DNA of 57,586 nt, the filler included, from Basidioascus undulatus (lineage: Eukaryota): NCBI GenBank assembly GCA_000826855.1. It is 4 parts of 4 records of this genome, joined end to end, with 100 filler letters (N's around TTAATTAATTAA, not from the genome) between each part and the next. Parts side by side here need not be neighbours in the genome. Positions count along the whole stretch, not along the records: positions 29,587 to 38,859 come from JTLS01001270.1; positions 38,960 to 48,227 come from JTLS01001271.1; positions 48,328 to 57,586 come from JTLS01001272.1; 1 more part is not named here. One strand, given 5' to 3'. This document shows, piece after piece, positions 38,817 to 50,360 of the stretch. Position numbers and translations under genes: made by a program. The number at the start of each line of letters is the position of its first letter. The first letter of the stretch is position 1. The notes under the pieces were generated by a model that worked only from the letters and a program-made list of their open reading frames with translations, ran no database searches and had not been told where the DNA came from.

Positions 38817-38859
38817 GCGTGTTGGAGGCGGGGGGGGGGGGGGTACGCCTACAGAGAGG

Positions 38860-38959
38860 NNNNNNNNNNNNNNNNNNNNNNNNNNNNNNNNNNNNNNNNN
38901 NNNTTAATTAATTAANNNNNNNNNNNNNNNNNNNNNNNNNNNNNNNNNNNNNNNNNNNN
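38860..38959. other. Artificial contig linker
   Basis: 44 N + TTAATTAATTAA + 44 N. Confidence 0.97.
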
Positions 38960-38979
38960 CGACCCCTTTCCGCAAACAG

Positions 38980-39099
38980 GCCGGTGCTGCCCTCACTCTC
39001 CTTCTCCCCGAGACCAAGGGCCGCGACGCGGACGAGATCGATGAGGAGGAGCGTCGCGCCAAGGGCCTCGTGCACAACCTCCCTCCTGCCGACAACTGA
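38980..39099 (+). CDS. Last exon of an MFS transporter (Pho84/sugar-porter-type PETKG motif); the rest lies off-contig
   Basis: CAG acceptor at 38977-38979, then AGAALTLLLPETKGRDADEIDEEE...stop. Confidence 0.65.
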   Translation, partial: AGAALTLLLPETKGRDADEIDEEERRAKGLVHNLPPADN

Positions 39100-41654
39100 G
39101 CGCTGTTAGGTCTCGCAACCTGGGATTCTTTATAATACACTGTTCTGGAAATTCTCGTTGCTTGTCTGTTACTCCATTTGCATATACTGGTCTTTAGCTT
39201 TACGACATACCACGCCGTTTCACGACTGAACTTCGCGGCATGCAAGCATGTTGCTTGACGACCGCGGAAAATACCTGTGTTCTATGGAATTTGGAACCCT
39301 TCGCGAAGGTAACCTTGACGTCTTTCGGACGAGCCTGACTCGCAGCTCAGCCTACCGTTCAGCTGCCTCTCGAGGCCGCCCTGGGCAAGAAGAGCACGCC
39401 TTGAAGATTGACGAAGCCCTTTTTCTAGGGGCATATAGATAAGACAAATTTACCCCGATCACCTCTAGGCCCAACTTTCAGGCAGTCGGCAATCGGTGAA
39501 ACGACGACGAGAAGACACGAACGACAGACGAAGGCCTGACTGCCCCCGCTTGGATTGGCTCAGACGGAACTTGGTAGGCTCAGCAATATGGTCAGGCCAT
39601 TCAAAGTATTTATTGCTGAACAGACGCTATCTATATAGTGGAGTTGAGAACGACCGTGGATTGCAACTGGGTGGGATTCGGCAGGTGCCACAGAACACAC
39701 TGGCAGCGGGTACCATTTCCACGATGGGACTGAGTGTACCACAATCACAGGTAGCTTTTCAGGAGAGAAATTCGTGTGAGACTCCGCAGGAACTCTTTTC
39801 ATAGTTCAGGTTCTGTGAAGCATCTTCCCGCCGGTGAAAGAGCTGGCCACTAGCAGGCTCTGGGCGATGGTCTGAAGGGTTCCCTGTACGGTGTCGTTGC
39901 TGATCAAGAACAGGATCAGCTCTTTTGCAGTCCGAAAACTCTGAGAGAAAGTGTTTAGAATGGTATAGAGTTATTGTATGTTTTCGTTGGACCGCTGCTA
40001 TCAGACTTTCAGACCGCCAGTCAGACCATGCCAACAGGGGTCCACGTCGTGTAGAAAGTAGTGTGTGTTTGGGGGTGGGTGTTCGCCAGAATGAAGCAGG
40101 AAAAGATGGTGTTCAAGATTGACTTACGGAAAACCTGTGGGTAAAGCGCCTTTAACAGCAATCTGGCGGAAAAGGATGGGGATCAGATGTTGTTGCGCGC
40201 GCACGACAATCCTGAGCGTCAGCCAACCTCACTGGCTTACTTGTGGCTTCAACGGCCGCCTCTTCTTAGCTGTAAACCTTACAGTCAGCATTCGACTATC
40301 TGAGTACTACGCTCTATTTCGACCTGTTCCGGAGTGAGAGTGTAGGCACGTGCCCTGCAGCGAAGGGGTCGTCGAGCCATGCTTGGGCGCATCCTGCGAA
40401 AGGGCATTTTCAGAAATGACTCCGAATTAAGTCAAGTCCTGCCTCAGAAAAGAACACACATCGAAGCCGAACGTCCGCGCTCGCGGAGTCGTTCAGGAGC
40501 CAGGCGCATCGGTAACGTCGAAGTTTCCATCGCACAGGTTGAAACCGCTTTTGCCGAGTGGACCAGCCACCTGTCCGCCCTGAGCCTTCTCAGAACATGG
40601 GCAAGAATTCGTCGGAATAGGTCAAAAGCTAGACAGGAAGGTCGATGCGCACCTCACCTAAGACGACTCGTCTCCGTCTGAAGAGCCGCGCGTGAGGCCT
40701 TGTCAAGCCTTACCTACAACATGCTACTACTGCCGAGACATTCAAAACGGCACATGGCACCTTGTATTTACATGTCGACGAGAAACTTTCGGCAGAAGAA
40801 GACAAGAATCGGATCGACCTGTCGGGCGTGCCGGCCACAGCAATATGCACCCGTTGCTCACGCTGCCAGCTCAGCAGTGCCGTTCCTCTGGAACCCCAGC
40901 GAATTCGAGCTGAGGATCCGCCTACCTGCCTACCAGAGCCCTATTGGCTCATGGCAACCATGCGACTGCAGCAAACTGCAGGACTGAACTGTGAGTCGAC
41001 GCGACTGCGAGTATGACAGCCGTACTAGACTCGGGCCGCGCGAACCGCGGGGACGCGCGGGCAGCCTGAGGATCCACCGACATGAATGCTGCCTTATGTA
41101 CCTTCCCACCGTCTTCTGCCCTCTCGTTTCCATCCAGTTCCCTAGCATCCTTCACAACCTACGATCCCATAATTTCAACTTATTTCGCGTTTAGCGTCCG
41201 GGAATCTCCGCAACCGCCGCTCCTCGATCAGCTCAAATCAGCTCGTCGCCGGTCGCCTTGCTTTGACCCCATCTCATCAGATCCGTGAGTCTTCTGCCGC
41301 CCCCCCACTGTTGGCTGGCCAGGATCACGTCTGGGAGTCTTGAAAAGCTGGAAAACATTGGTCTGGGGAAAGGAAAGGTGTTGGGGAGGGCAAGATGTCG
41401 CGTTTCTGACCAACCACGCGGATGAATCGTGGCCGAGCGCGTGCGCTCAGGAGCTCTCTCCTCTTGAGCTCTGTCCGGCACCAGGCCCAGCCAGTGAGCC
41501 CGGCCACCCACTATATGCTGCTCAGGCCATGGCGCGAATACAACAGTTAATCAATTGCACACACCATTCATCTCGTCCTTCTGCTGACGCTTGTCTTCCC
41601 CTGCCTGCAGCCTCATTTCCCCCTTTCCACTCGCCCACCATCTCTTGCTGCGGC

Positions 41655-44600
41655 ATGACGATCCTTCCCCGGTCCAACCACAAAAAGCTCATAGATGACT
41701 GCTATCCGCCCGCCAAATCCCTCCCTTCCGCCGCACCCTCCTACTCCCCCAACTCGGCAGAAGCCAGCAGGCTCACCTACTACGCTGCGAACCGCCCCGA
41801 GAAGCTCGTCAAGGTCGGCGCTGAGCTCGAGCGCCGAGTGCGGGCAGGCGTGTATGGGATCCAGGACCAGCGGAAACGAGCGTGCGTGGAAAGACCTGGC
41901 TGCAGGGGGTCTGCGAGACGGGACGAGCGGAAGCTGAGGGTTCTTGGGCGGGATCGCAGTGGCCTACTCATCACGCTCAATCTCCTCAATTCGCTCATTC
42001 ACGAATGCCGCCGCTCGCTCAACCTCTTCGCTCGCCCCGTCCTCTCGATCGTTGAGCTCTGTCTTACCTCGCCCGTGCCTCTGTCCGACCTCGAAGTCCG
42101 CGAGAAAGCATGCAGCGTCGTGCGTCTTCCCATCCGCTCATCCTTTTTGGCCTTCTGAAGCGACGCTTACACCGGAACATCCTCTTCAGTTTGCCGCGTA
42201 CACGACGTACACTGATGGCACACAGATTGGCATTGACGATGCGTTGACCGCTACGTACCTCGCTGTGCTCCGGAAGCTCGGCACCATGGCGGCGTCGGAG
42301 GCGGACGACTTGGAGATGCGCAACCGGTGCGCGCCTTTTTCCAATCTTTGACACCCGAAAAAGGCTGACCTTTGTCGAGCATGCTCAGAACCCGACTCCT
42401 TGCCATCCTGACTCTGCACTCGGCTGTGGCATCCGACGCGACGTACCACACCGCCGGCAGTGAGTTCAAAAGGGTTGCACAGAGTGTCGTCCCTGCGCTT
42501 TTCGAGAACCTCTTCGTCAACGAAAACAAGGTCTCACTCCTTCGGGAAGAGTAAGGCAGTCGCACCGCCGTCAGCGCAGGGACTTGAGCTAACCCTCTTT
42601 TCATAGGGCCGAGACTCTCGTCTCCAATCCTGTCGCGCCGGGCGTCACCTCGTCTGCTCTTCCTGCTCTTCGACCCGCGCTGTCCGAGCGGCGTGCGCGC
42701 TCCATTCATGCTCATGTCGACGGCGAGAAGGGCCCGTCTACGACCGACGTTGCGGCATCCGCGCTCTCGACCCTGCGCGAGCTGTGCGCGTCCTCGAACG
42801 GCGTGCAGCTCGCGTCCGTGCTCGTCCCCGCGCTCGGCTGGCTGGATAACTCTCCGAAGCGATGGCGCGACGCCGAGTGGGCGTCTTGGTTCGCCGCGAG
42901 CGTAACCGAATGGACTGCGCTTCAGTACCGATACGTCGTGCCCACCACGCTGCTCTCCGTCCTGTCCGCGTTGCAGGACAACAAGGCGCCGACGACCAAG
43001 CACCACGCGCTCGTCGACATGCTGCACACGGTCTTCAACTCCAAGACCTCTCTCGTCGGCCTCTCCACGTCCGAAGTCCTCTCGGAGCTGCTCGATGTCG
43101 TCGTGCGCCGCGTGTGCGTCGACACGCGCGACGCCCTCCTCCCTCCCCTCGTCGCGACCGTCGGCGCGCTGGGGACGCACATCTACTGGAACGAGCAGAT
43201 CCAGTCGCTCGCCGAGTCCATCATCGCGCGCATCGTCGAGGTCCAGTTCGACGAGTCCTCGGCCGCCCCTTCCGCAGAGGACCCTGAAGCGCAGAAGCAG
43301 AAGCTCGAGCGCAGCGAGACGCTCCGCGTCTTTCTCGCCTGTCTCTCGGGCGTACTCGCAACGGCTTACGACGCCGAGCCTCTCCCCCCGCCGCCGTTGT
43401 CGCCCGGCCTCGCCGAGGGCCCGCAGTTCGGTTCCGAGCCGCAGAAGGACAAGGGCAAGGCGCCCGCGCGCATTCCGGCACTCGCCCTGCCCGAGCCGAG
43501 CAAGCAGAGCACGCGCTCCCGCGTGTCCCCCGAATCATTCCAAGAGACCGTCGCGCTGCTTGCCGAGCCCGAATACGCCTTGCGTGCGGCCTACGTCCGG
43601 GCGCTGCACGCGTTCCTCGAGGGCGAGCTCGTGCAGGAGGAGGGTGTCGGCACGGACACGCTTTCCCATGTCGCGGCAGCAGGCGCGGGACGCATCATCC
43701 CTGACTCGCTTCGGCCGAGTGGCGCGGTCAACGCCGCCGTCGAGCGGTTCCTGAATGCACTCAACGTGAGCGTCTACACCCTCGCCACGTCCCGCAACCT
43801 CGCCGCTCCAGCTCCTCCTGTCCCGGACGCGTCCACGGACTCCAGCCCCTCCGAGTCAGCGTCGGCACCAACTGGTCCTCAGGTCTCGGTCGCCCCGCCC
43901 TCTCCGGGCGCCACGACGCCCGACGATGCCGTCGCGCGCCGTGCACAGCGCGCGCGCAAGACGTCCGCGGCTCTCTCGCGCTTGGAGCCCTCCGCGCTCT
44001 TGAGCACGGAGCCTCCGGCGTCCCCCGAATACACTGCGACGCCCTCCGACTACTCCGCGATCCTGGGCATTCTCCTCACCACGCAGCGTAAAGTGCCTGG
44101 CCTCGCGCTCCTCGCGACCGTGCCGCTCCTGCTCGCGCTCGACCGCGCTGCGGCGGTGATGGGCCTCGGGTTCGGGCTCAAGCGCAAGGGCACGCGCAGG
44201 GGCAGCACCGCCAGTTGGCACCAGGGCAGCCGGCAGTCGAGCAGCGGCCGCCGGCCTAGCACCGCGATCCAGATGTCCGCGGTCGAGGCGCTCAAGCGAG
44301 ATGAGCGGGCCGCGGGTGTCGAGGAAGCTGTGGAGGAGGAAGATACGGAGGCAGATGAGGTAGACGGGGAGGCGAGCGGTGTGGACGAGAGGTCCAAGCG
44401 GCGCGCGCTGCGCGAGCTCGTCGCTCGCGCATGGTGGAACATCGGCGACTTCTGGGGAATCGACGACCTGCAGACGCTGGCTTCCAAGGTGTGTCCTTTT
44501 AGTTCTCGGTGTCATGGCGATGTCAACGCGTCGCGTTGATCTGACATCCCTGCCCTCGCACATGTAGGCCCTCAACAGCCTGGGCGCCTCCGTGCTCACC

Positions 44601-45510
44601 GCGCCGCCACAGTTCGACCTCAGCGAAGCGCCGCCGCTCGTAACGCCGCAGGAGCCGCAGCGGTTCCCGGCCGAGGACGAGCTTTCGGCGGTGCACGACG
44701 GCGAGAGCTCTTCGACGCCGAAACCGCTCATCGACCCCACGGCGGCGGTCGCGTTGCTCGCCAGCAGCTCGCTTGTCCAATCGGCCGTTGGCGCGGACGC
44801 GAAAGCGCTGACGGAGAAGCTGGCTAAGCAATGGTCGGTGCAAAACGCCTTGAAGAGCTGTGCGTATGCTTAAATTCCCGTCCGCGGCGAGGAGTAGTGC
44901 TCATGCGTGGGACCTCAATAGCTGTCGAGCGCCGAACGTCATTCAACAACGACCGCGGCGATTCGACCTCGCCGTTCACTGCGGTTGCGCCGGCGCTCAT
45001 GCAGATCGACAACGCCTCGACGGCGTCGGTCCTCCGCTCAGGCCAGAGCACCCGCGGCGTCGGCGTCGGTGACTTGCGGGAAGCACTCGGTGCGTCTCCG
45101 TTTTCATCGCTGCTGGCTGCGAGAGCACGTTGCTAACTGGAGCCAGTACAGGCGACCGCAAAATGTCAGCTTCCGCTATGAACCTGAATGCCATGAGCAC
45201 GCGCACGCCGTCTATTTCGACAGCCGGGACAGGCTTCACGCACGACGGCGGGCGGGCCACCCCGCGGCGAACGACGATGAAGCGCACAAACGGTGGCGGC
45301 GCGCCTGCGAAGGAGGTCAACGAGATCCTTAACCGCCTCGTCGTCGGCAAGACGGGACCGAACGGCACGCTCAAGGGCGCGTCGTACCCGCTTGAGCAGA
45401 GCCACGGCGGCTCAAGGCAAGCCTCTCTTTCCCCTCGTGACTCGGACGACTACGATACTGACGCCCTCTGCAGAGTATCGGTGCTCACTGCGGCGCCGTA
45501 CAGCCAATAA
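41655..45510 (+). CDS. EFR3: Efr3, plasma-membrane scaffold of the PI4-kinase Stt4 complex
   Basis: HKKLIDDCYP, PNSAEASRLTYYAANRPEKLVKVGAEL, WTALQYRYVVP, LVGLSTSEVL, ALGTHIYW and VGDLREAL. Confidence 0.88.
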
Positions 45511-45976
45511 ACAGGGGCATCTTTTGCCTGCGTCCTTCCTTTTCTTCCCCTCCCCTCGACTAGCGATTCCGTTCGTCTGGAACCCTCTCACCCTAGCTAC
45601 AAGATTATCCCACTTCTGTTACCCCCTATTTCGAACTTGTGTTGTTCTCTGTGTTGCTAATGCGTTACCAATTACGTCTCCACTGAATCATATTGCTCCT
45701 TTGCCATTGTCCAGTGCATGCAATTCAAGCGCCGCAGAACGAGGCGAGCAAACGTTCGTCAACCCGACGACCAATCCATGCGTGACCCCGACCGCCCCTC
45801 AGCCACTACCGCTTCGTATTTCTCCGCATCGCTTCCGCCTCTTCCACCTCTTCCGCTTCTCCCGCTGCATGGTCCGTGCCCCTCCCGTTCGCAGAGGCAA
45901 AGCGTTGCTGTATAGAGCGGGGAGGGGCAGACGGGACACGAAAGTTGACGGGACCGGATGCACGCAGTCAGGCATT

Positions 45977-47798
45977 CTACTCTTTACGAAGGTAAATGTG
46001 ACAAAAAAAACTCACAATGCCAACAATGAACAATGTCGAAGTACAGAGCGAGATGAGCGCAAGGTTGAAGAGGAAGCCGCAGATGTCTTGAGACGTCGGC
46101 GGGGGAGATGGGCTCAGTCTGTCGTGCCTGGTTGCTGGCGGGACAATGGGAACGACGTACCGACGTATGCGCCGAAATCGGAGCATCAGGCATTGCATCG
46201 CGAACAGCCGGCAGTGAGAAGAGGGCTACACAATTGGCCAAGTGCGTGAGCGAAAGCGGCTGCAGGCAGCGCCGCCCCTTGTGCCAACGCACCAGTGAGG
46301 GGAGCCGGCACGATTTTATACGGCAGGTCGTGCTTAAATATGACAGTGAAACCCATACTATGACTAGAGTAATGGCCCAGTTCGTCAGCCAGGTTCTGTT
46401 GCAGCGAAGGTCAGCGCGCCTTGTCCACCGAAATAAGCCGAATGAGAGAACACACAGCAGTAAGAAAGCGATGGTGCTGCCTGTGCGAGTGGCCGTGATG
46501 TGCAGCACCACATAGCGCTGGAGGGGGTCGTCGACTGTGTCCCCGCACTCGTCCTCCTCGGAATCAGCGCAGGGTCTGAGCACGAAGCCCTCGCTCGAGA
46601 TGGACCAGTTGGGTATAGTACTGCTCGAAGCAAAATTAGTAAGGACAGGCGCATAGCCGCAGAAAGACTCACGCGATGGCCGAGCCGATCATGAAGGGCA
46701 CGCTTTCGTTCGTGTCTGGGCGGATGGCTAAGATGACCGGATATCCGTGGTAGCTAGGAAAGACAATAACTGTGATAAGGAGGAGTGGATGATGATGCCA
46801 TAGGCCAAACAACCCACCGATCGAACGGATATGCGAGCACCTGGCGAGGCTATGCTGATCCAATGCCCGAGTTACGTCGAACGGGAATGTCTTGCTGAAA
46901 GGTCTCGCGAGCGGGATTTTGCTGTGCGGCTCACCCTCTGTCCGTTAGCTCACATCGTAACCAAAAAAGTATTCGAACACACGCATAAGGATTGCCCTGT
47001 TCTTGGGTGAAGGTCAAGCTGGCCTTGTGGTATTCACCTGTCACGGTGCGGGTTGACGATCACCAGTGGGTAAACGAACATAAGCCAAGGCCAAGGACAG
47101 GATGGCACTTACCGGCATACCAGGTGGTATTCCATATAGAAGAGGCGTTTCTGAAAGAGATACTGCGTTAGAACGTCCGAGAACAAGGAAACGCAAATGG
47201 GAGCTTACTCTTGAACGTAGAAGTTCAGGTCGACAGCAACGCTACCGCAGTAGCTCCCATTATCTCGTGGGCTGATGATGTCGGAATCTCCGCAAGCCAA
47301 GTCGAGCGCCCATACCGTGGAGAAAGTACGAGCGATGGGATCCACTTTCTGGACTGCAGTCCGAAAGAGGGGGTGAGCGGGATTTGTACAGAAAGTAAGC
47401 TCAACGCTACGCCTTCAAAAGGTAAACCACGTACGCCACTGGTTGCCCTATCAGTGACCGGGACGTAGTTATTTGACTTGAGGCCGTTGTAGGCCGTGCG
47501 GTCGTGGTAGACGCTCTTGCGGTAGCTGAAGAACGCCGCGCAGATCAGGCCCGCGAGCACGGCGACGATGGCAAGCATGCTCATGGTCACGACCGCTCGT
47601 CGACGGAACATCGGGTGCGTGCGAAGAAAGCTGGCCCGACGTGACATGGAGCCCCCCCCGGTACGGGCGCGAGAGAGGTGTCGTTTCTTCGCGGTGCTCC
47701 TCTTCGAAAGACGCCGAGCCGGAAGGATGTCGCTGGACAGCGCCAGTGGACATGTGGGACATTGGTATCGGGCTGGCGGAGGCGGTCGAGCGGGTCAT
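45977..47798 (-). CDS. DUF4436-like multi-pass membrane protein, possibly frameshifted
   Basis: N-terminal TM helix, a luminal region, and C-terminal helices with NWAITL, LFSLPAVRDAMPDAP and DICGFLFNL. Frame change at the C8 run 47652-47659. Confidence 0.5.
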
Positions 47799-48227
47799 GA
47801 TTAGGGAGTGGGAAGCAGACAATGGGAAAGGTAACGTCAGCGACTGGTGTAGTGAGTGAAAGTGAGTGTCCTTTATGTTCGAGGCAAGCTACGCCAGCTG
47901 CACCGCCACCGTCGAGCGGTCTGTTCCCGACTGCAAGCACGCATCGCTCATGCGCGAAAATTGGTGGTTCTTAAAGTAGAGGTAAGTACATAACCAAAAT
48001 ACAAAGTCCGGAATATAGTCACGGTAGTAGGCGCTGGGTGAGCCGCCATATGGGCCTATAAAAGATGCTGGGGCCCCGCGCTCTGTGCAACTTCGCGCGC
48101 AAGACGAAGGGGAGACCTTCAGGCGAAGGCCGCACTTGCTGACCAAAGTTCACCAAGGTATGACAAGCATGAAGTCGTATTCCAACCAGTGAGACATTAT
48201 TAGGTATAGCATTATCGCCGGGGCGGG

Positions 48228-48327
48228 NNNNNNNNNNNNNNNNNNNNNNNNNNNNNNNNNNNNNNNNNNNNTTAATTAATTAANNNNNNNNNNNNNNNNN
48301 NNNNNNNNNNNNNNNNNNNNNNNNNNN
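48228..48327. other. Artificial contig linker
   Basis: 44 N + TTAATTAATTAA + 44 N. Confidence 0.97.
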
Positions 48328-48988
48328 TTTCTAGAGTAGCGCGTCCTGAATCCTGCTCATTAATGACTCTCTCAAGCAAAACTCGCAAAAATTCGAGAGT
48401 CTTTTCTTGGGCACCGGCGTTTTTGTCGGTTAAAATGATGTTGCACAATATGACATGTGACTTGGCGTTATATGAGAGGGAACTCAGAAGGGTGATTATA
48501 GTAGAGGAGGCGGTTGTGCTGATGAGCTTGTTTGGGCGGGTGATCAATTTGAGCAACGCAGAGAGAAAAGGTTCAAAAAGCGAATCTATAGCTGATCCTA
48601 AGGAAGTGCAGAGATCTTTGATCAAGGCGCAGGTATCGGTAACTAGTGCAGATCGTAGACTTGAAAGCTAATGAATTGATTTGAATTAGTTATTCGATAA
48701 GAATGATTTGATAGGATCGATTGGTAAATAATAACATGATGGTATTCACTCTTATATGCCAAGTATCAAATATATTATCAAAAGGAAAATGAAATTGCTT
48801 ACCGCGTTTGTGATGTTCGGGGCCATCTCCTTGACTCTGTTCACCAGGGAGTCATCCTTGGCACCGGCGAGCATCTCTCTCATCCGGGCGAAGGCGGCGG
48901 CGCGCGAGGTCCAGTTCTCCTCACTTTCCTTGCCCTGGAAGGCCTTGTGCAGGTGACACTCGCGCATCAGGAGGACCTTGGACAACAC
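48328..48988 (-). CDS. STU1: CLASP/Stu1 TOG-like domain fragment running off the contig
   Basis: FQGKESEENW..R, intron 48802-48668, then LSSLRSALV...LLKL...KLIS...DKN. The start is unclear. Confidence 0.65.
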
Positions 48989-49363
48989 AGAACGCAGGTG
49001 AATTTAAAACTAAGTCAAGGCCACCCCAGGAAGTGAACATAAGGGACTTAGGGAGCAATAGGGAGCAGCTTCTGCAAACTGCCCTTCCCCGAGGCTGAAG
49101 CTCTCGTCTCATTCCCCGCACCCTGCGCAACTCCTGCACGGAGCGGCAAACGCTGCTTAAAATGAAGCTGTCATTCCTGAATTCTTTTGATGCGTCTCTT
49201 ATTTCATATTTTGTTTCGGTTTGGCATACCGAGCTGCGGAAAGAACTGAAGACTGCTGGGCGAACATAAGGAAGCAGTGCCCCTCAACACTGTCCACCTT
49301 CTGTGACGCCTCTCCACCTTCTTAGTTAACGCTTCCGGCTTTCACATTTCCGAGCAAACTACC

Positions 49364-50008
49364 ATGGCCGCCACCGCTACACGCTTCGCTCTTCCCCCGG
49401 GCCCGAACGAGCACGGACAGCGGCACTTTGTGGTGGAACGCATCATCGGACATGAAGATCGTACGGACGGAACGTGTTACCTGGTCCACTGGAGCAGTGA
49501 GTCGGCTCTTGTATCTCACACTTCAGACCGCCTATTTCCGAAATGCTGACTTTTGGATGTCGCTGCCTGATGACAGCGAAAGATGGCGTGCACAACAAGC
49601 TGGCGTGGGAGCCTACGCTCAACATCCTCCAGAACCAGAGTGGGAAGCAAGCGCTCCACATATATTATACGAGTATCCGCTTGGTGGAGGAAGAGGACGA
49701 GGACGTCGAAGAGATCTTCGAGGACGAGCGTTGCGGCGAGGATGCCGGGCAGGACTACAACTTGAAGCGGGTCGTCGACCATCAAGACCGTCCGGACGGA
49801 AGATATTATCGGGTCGACTGGATGCGTAAGTTCTGTTTCTCAAGTGCACGAAGTTTTCTTCTTTGACATGGCTGACGGTGGCCCGTTGAGTGGTACAGAC
49901 TGCGGAGAGGTTCTCCGGACCTGGGAGCCGTTCAAACACCTCCGCTCCTGCGTCGGAGGTCTCGAAGCCATTCAAAAGTACCTGCTTGGGAGTAATTCTA
50001 CTTCTTAG
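49364..50008 (+). CDS. Small (163 aa) tandem-chromodomain protein
   Basis: Exons 49364-49496, 49577-49825 and 49899-50008. Domain 1 is FVVERIIGH...YLVHW...AWEP..NI and domain 2 is YNLKRVVDH...YRVDW...TWEP..HL, joined by an acidic linker. Confidence 0.78.
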
Positions 50009-50360
50009 ACGTATATGGCAGAGCGAGGGCGGTCGACTCGGAGGAGGGGAGCTAGGATCGGACGGCGAGAAGGTCGGACGGATAAGCCGAACTGCCTTGC
50101 GAAAATTGGACTGTTTCTCATTGTTGGCGGTGTGCTCTTCATTCCATTGAATATTTTGTGTTAGAATATGAATTTGGAAAGATAGATCGTCGAACGGAAA
50201 GAACTTGGAAGAGCGCAGCACCGTGCGGCCAGTCCACAATCGGCGTTGAGCGAATTCTCGCCTCGCCGAAACGCCCCAACTTCCCTTCCAATTTGCTTGT
50301 GCTGCGTTGTGGTTTGGCAGAAGTGGGCACCTCCTCACCGTCTAACACCTCAAGCTCGTC

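Noticed and set aside
39248..41500. Short ORFs upstream of EFR3 as transposon or gene remnants
   Set aside because: No transposase, RT or integrase motif and no terminal repeats recognised.
49567..49581. CTGATGA..GAAA resembling a hammerhead ribozyme core
   Set aside because: There is no room for stem II, and the sequence is the branch point and acceptor of the chromodomain gene intron.
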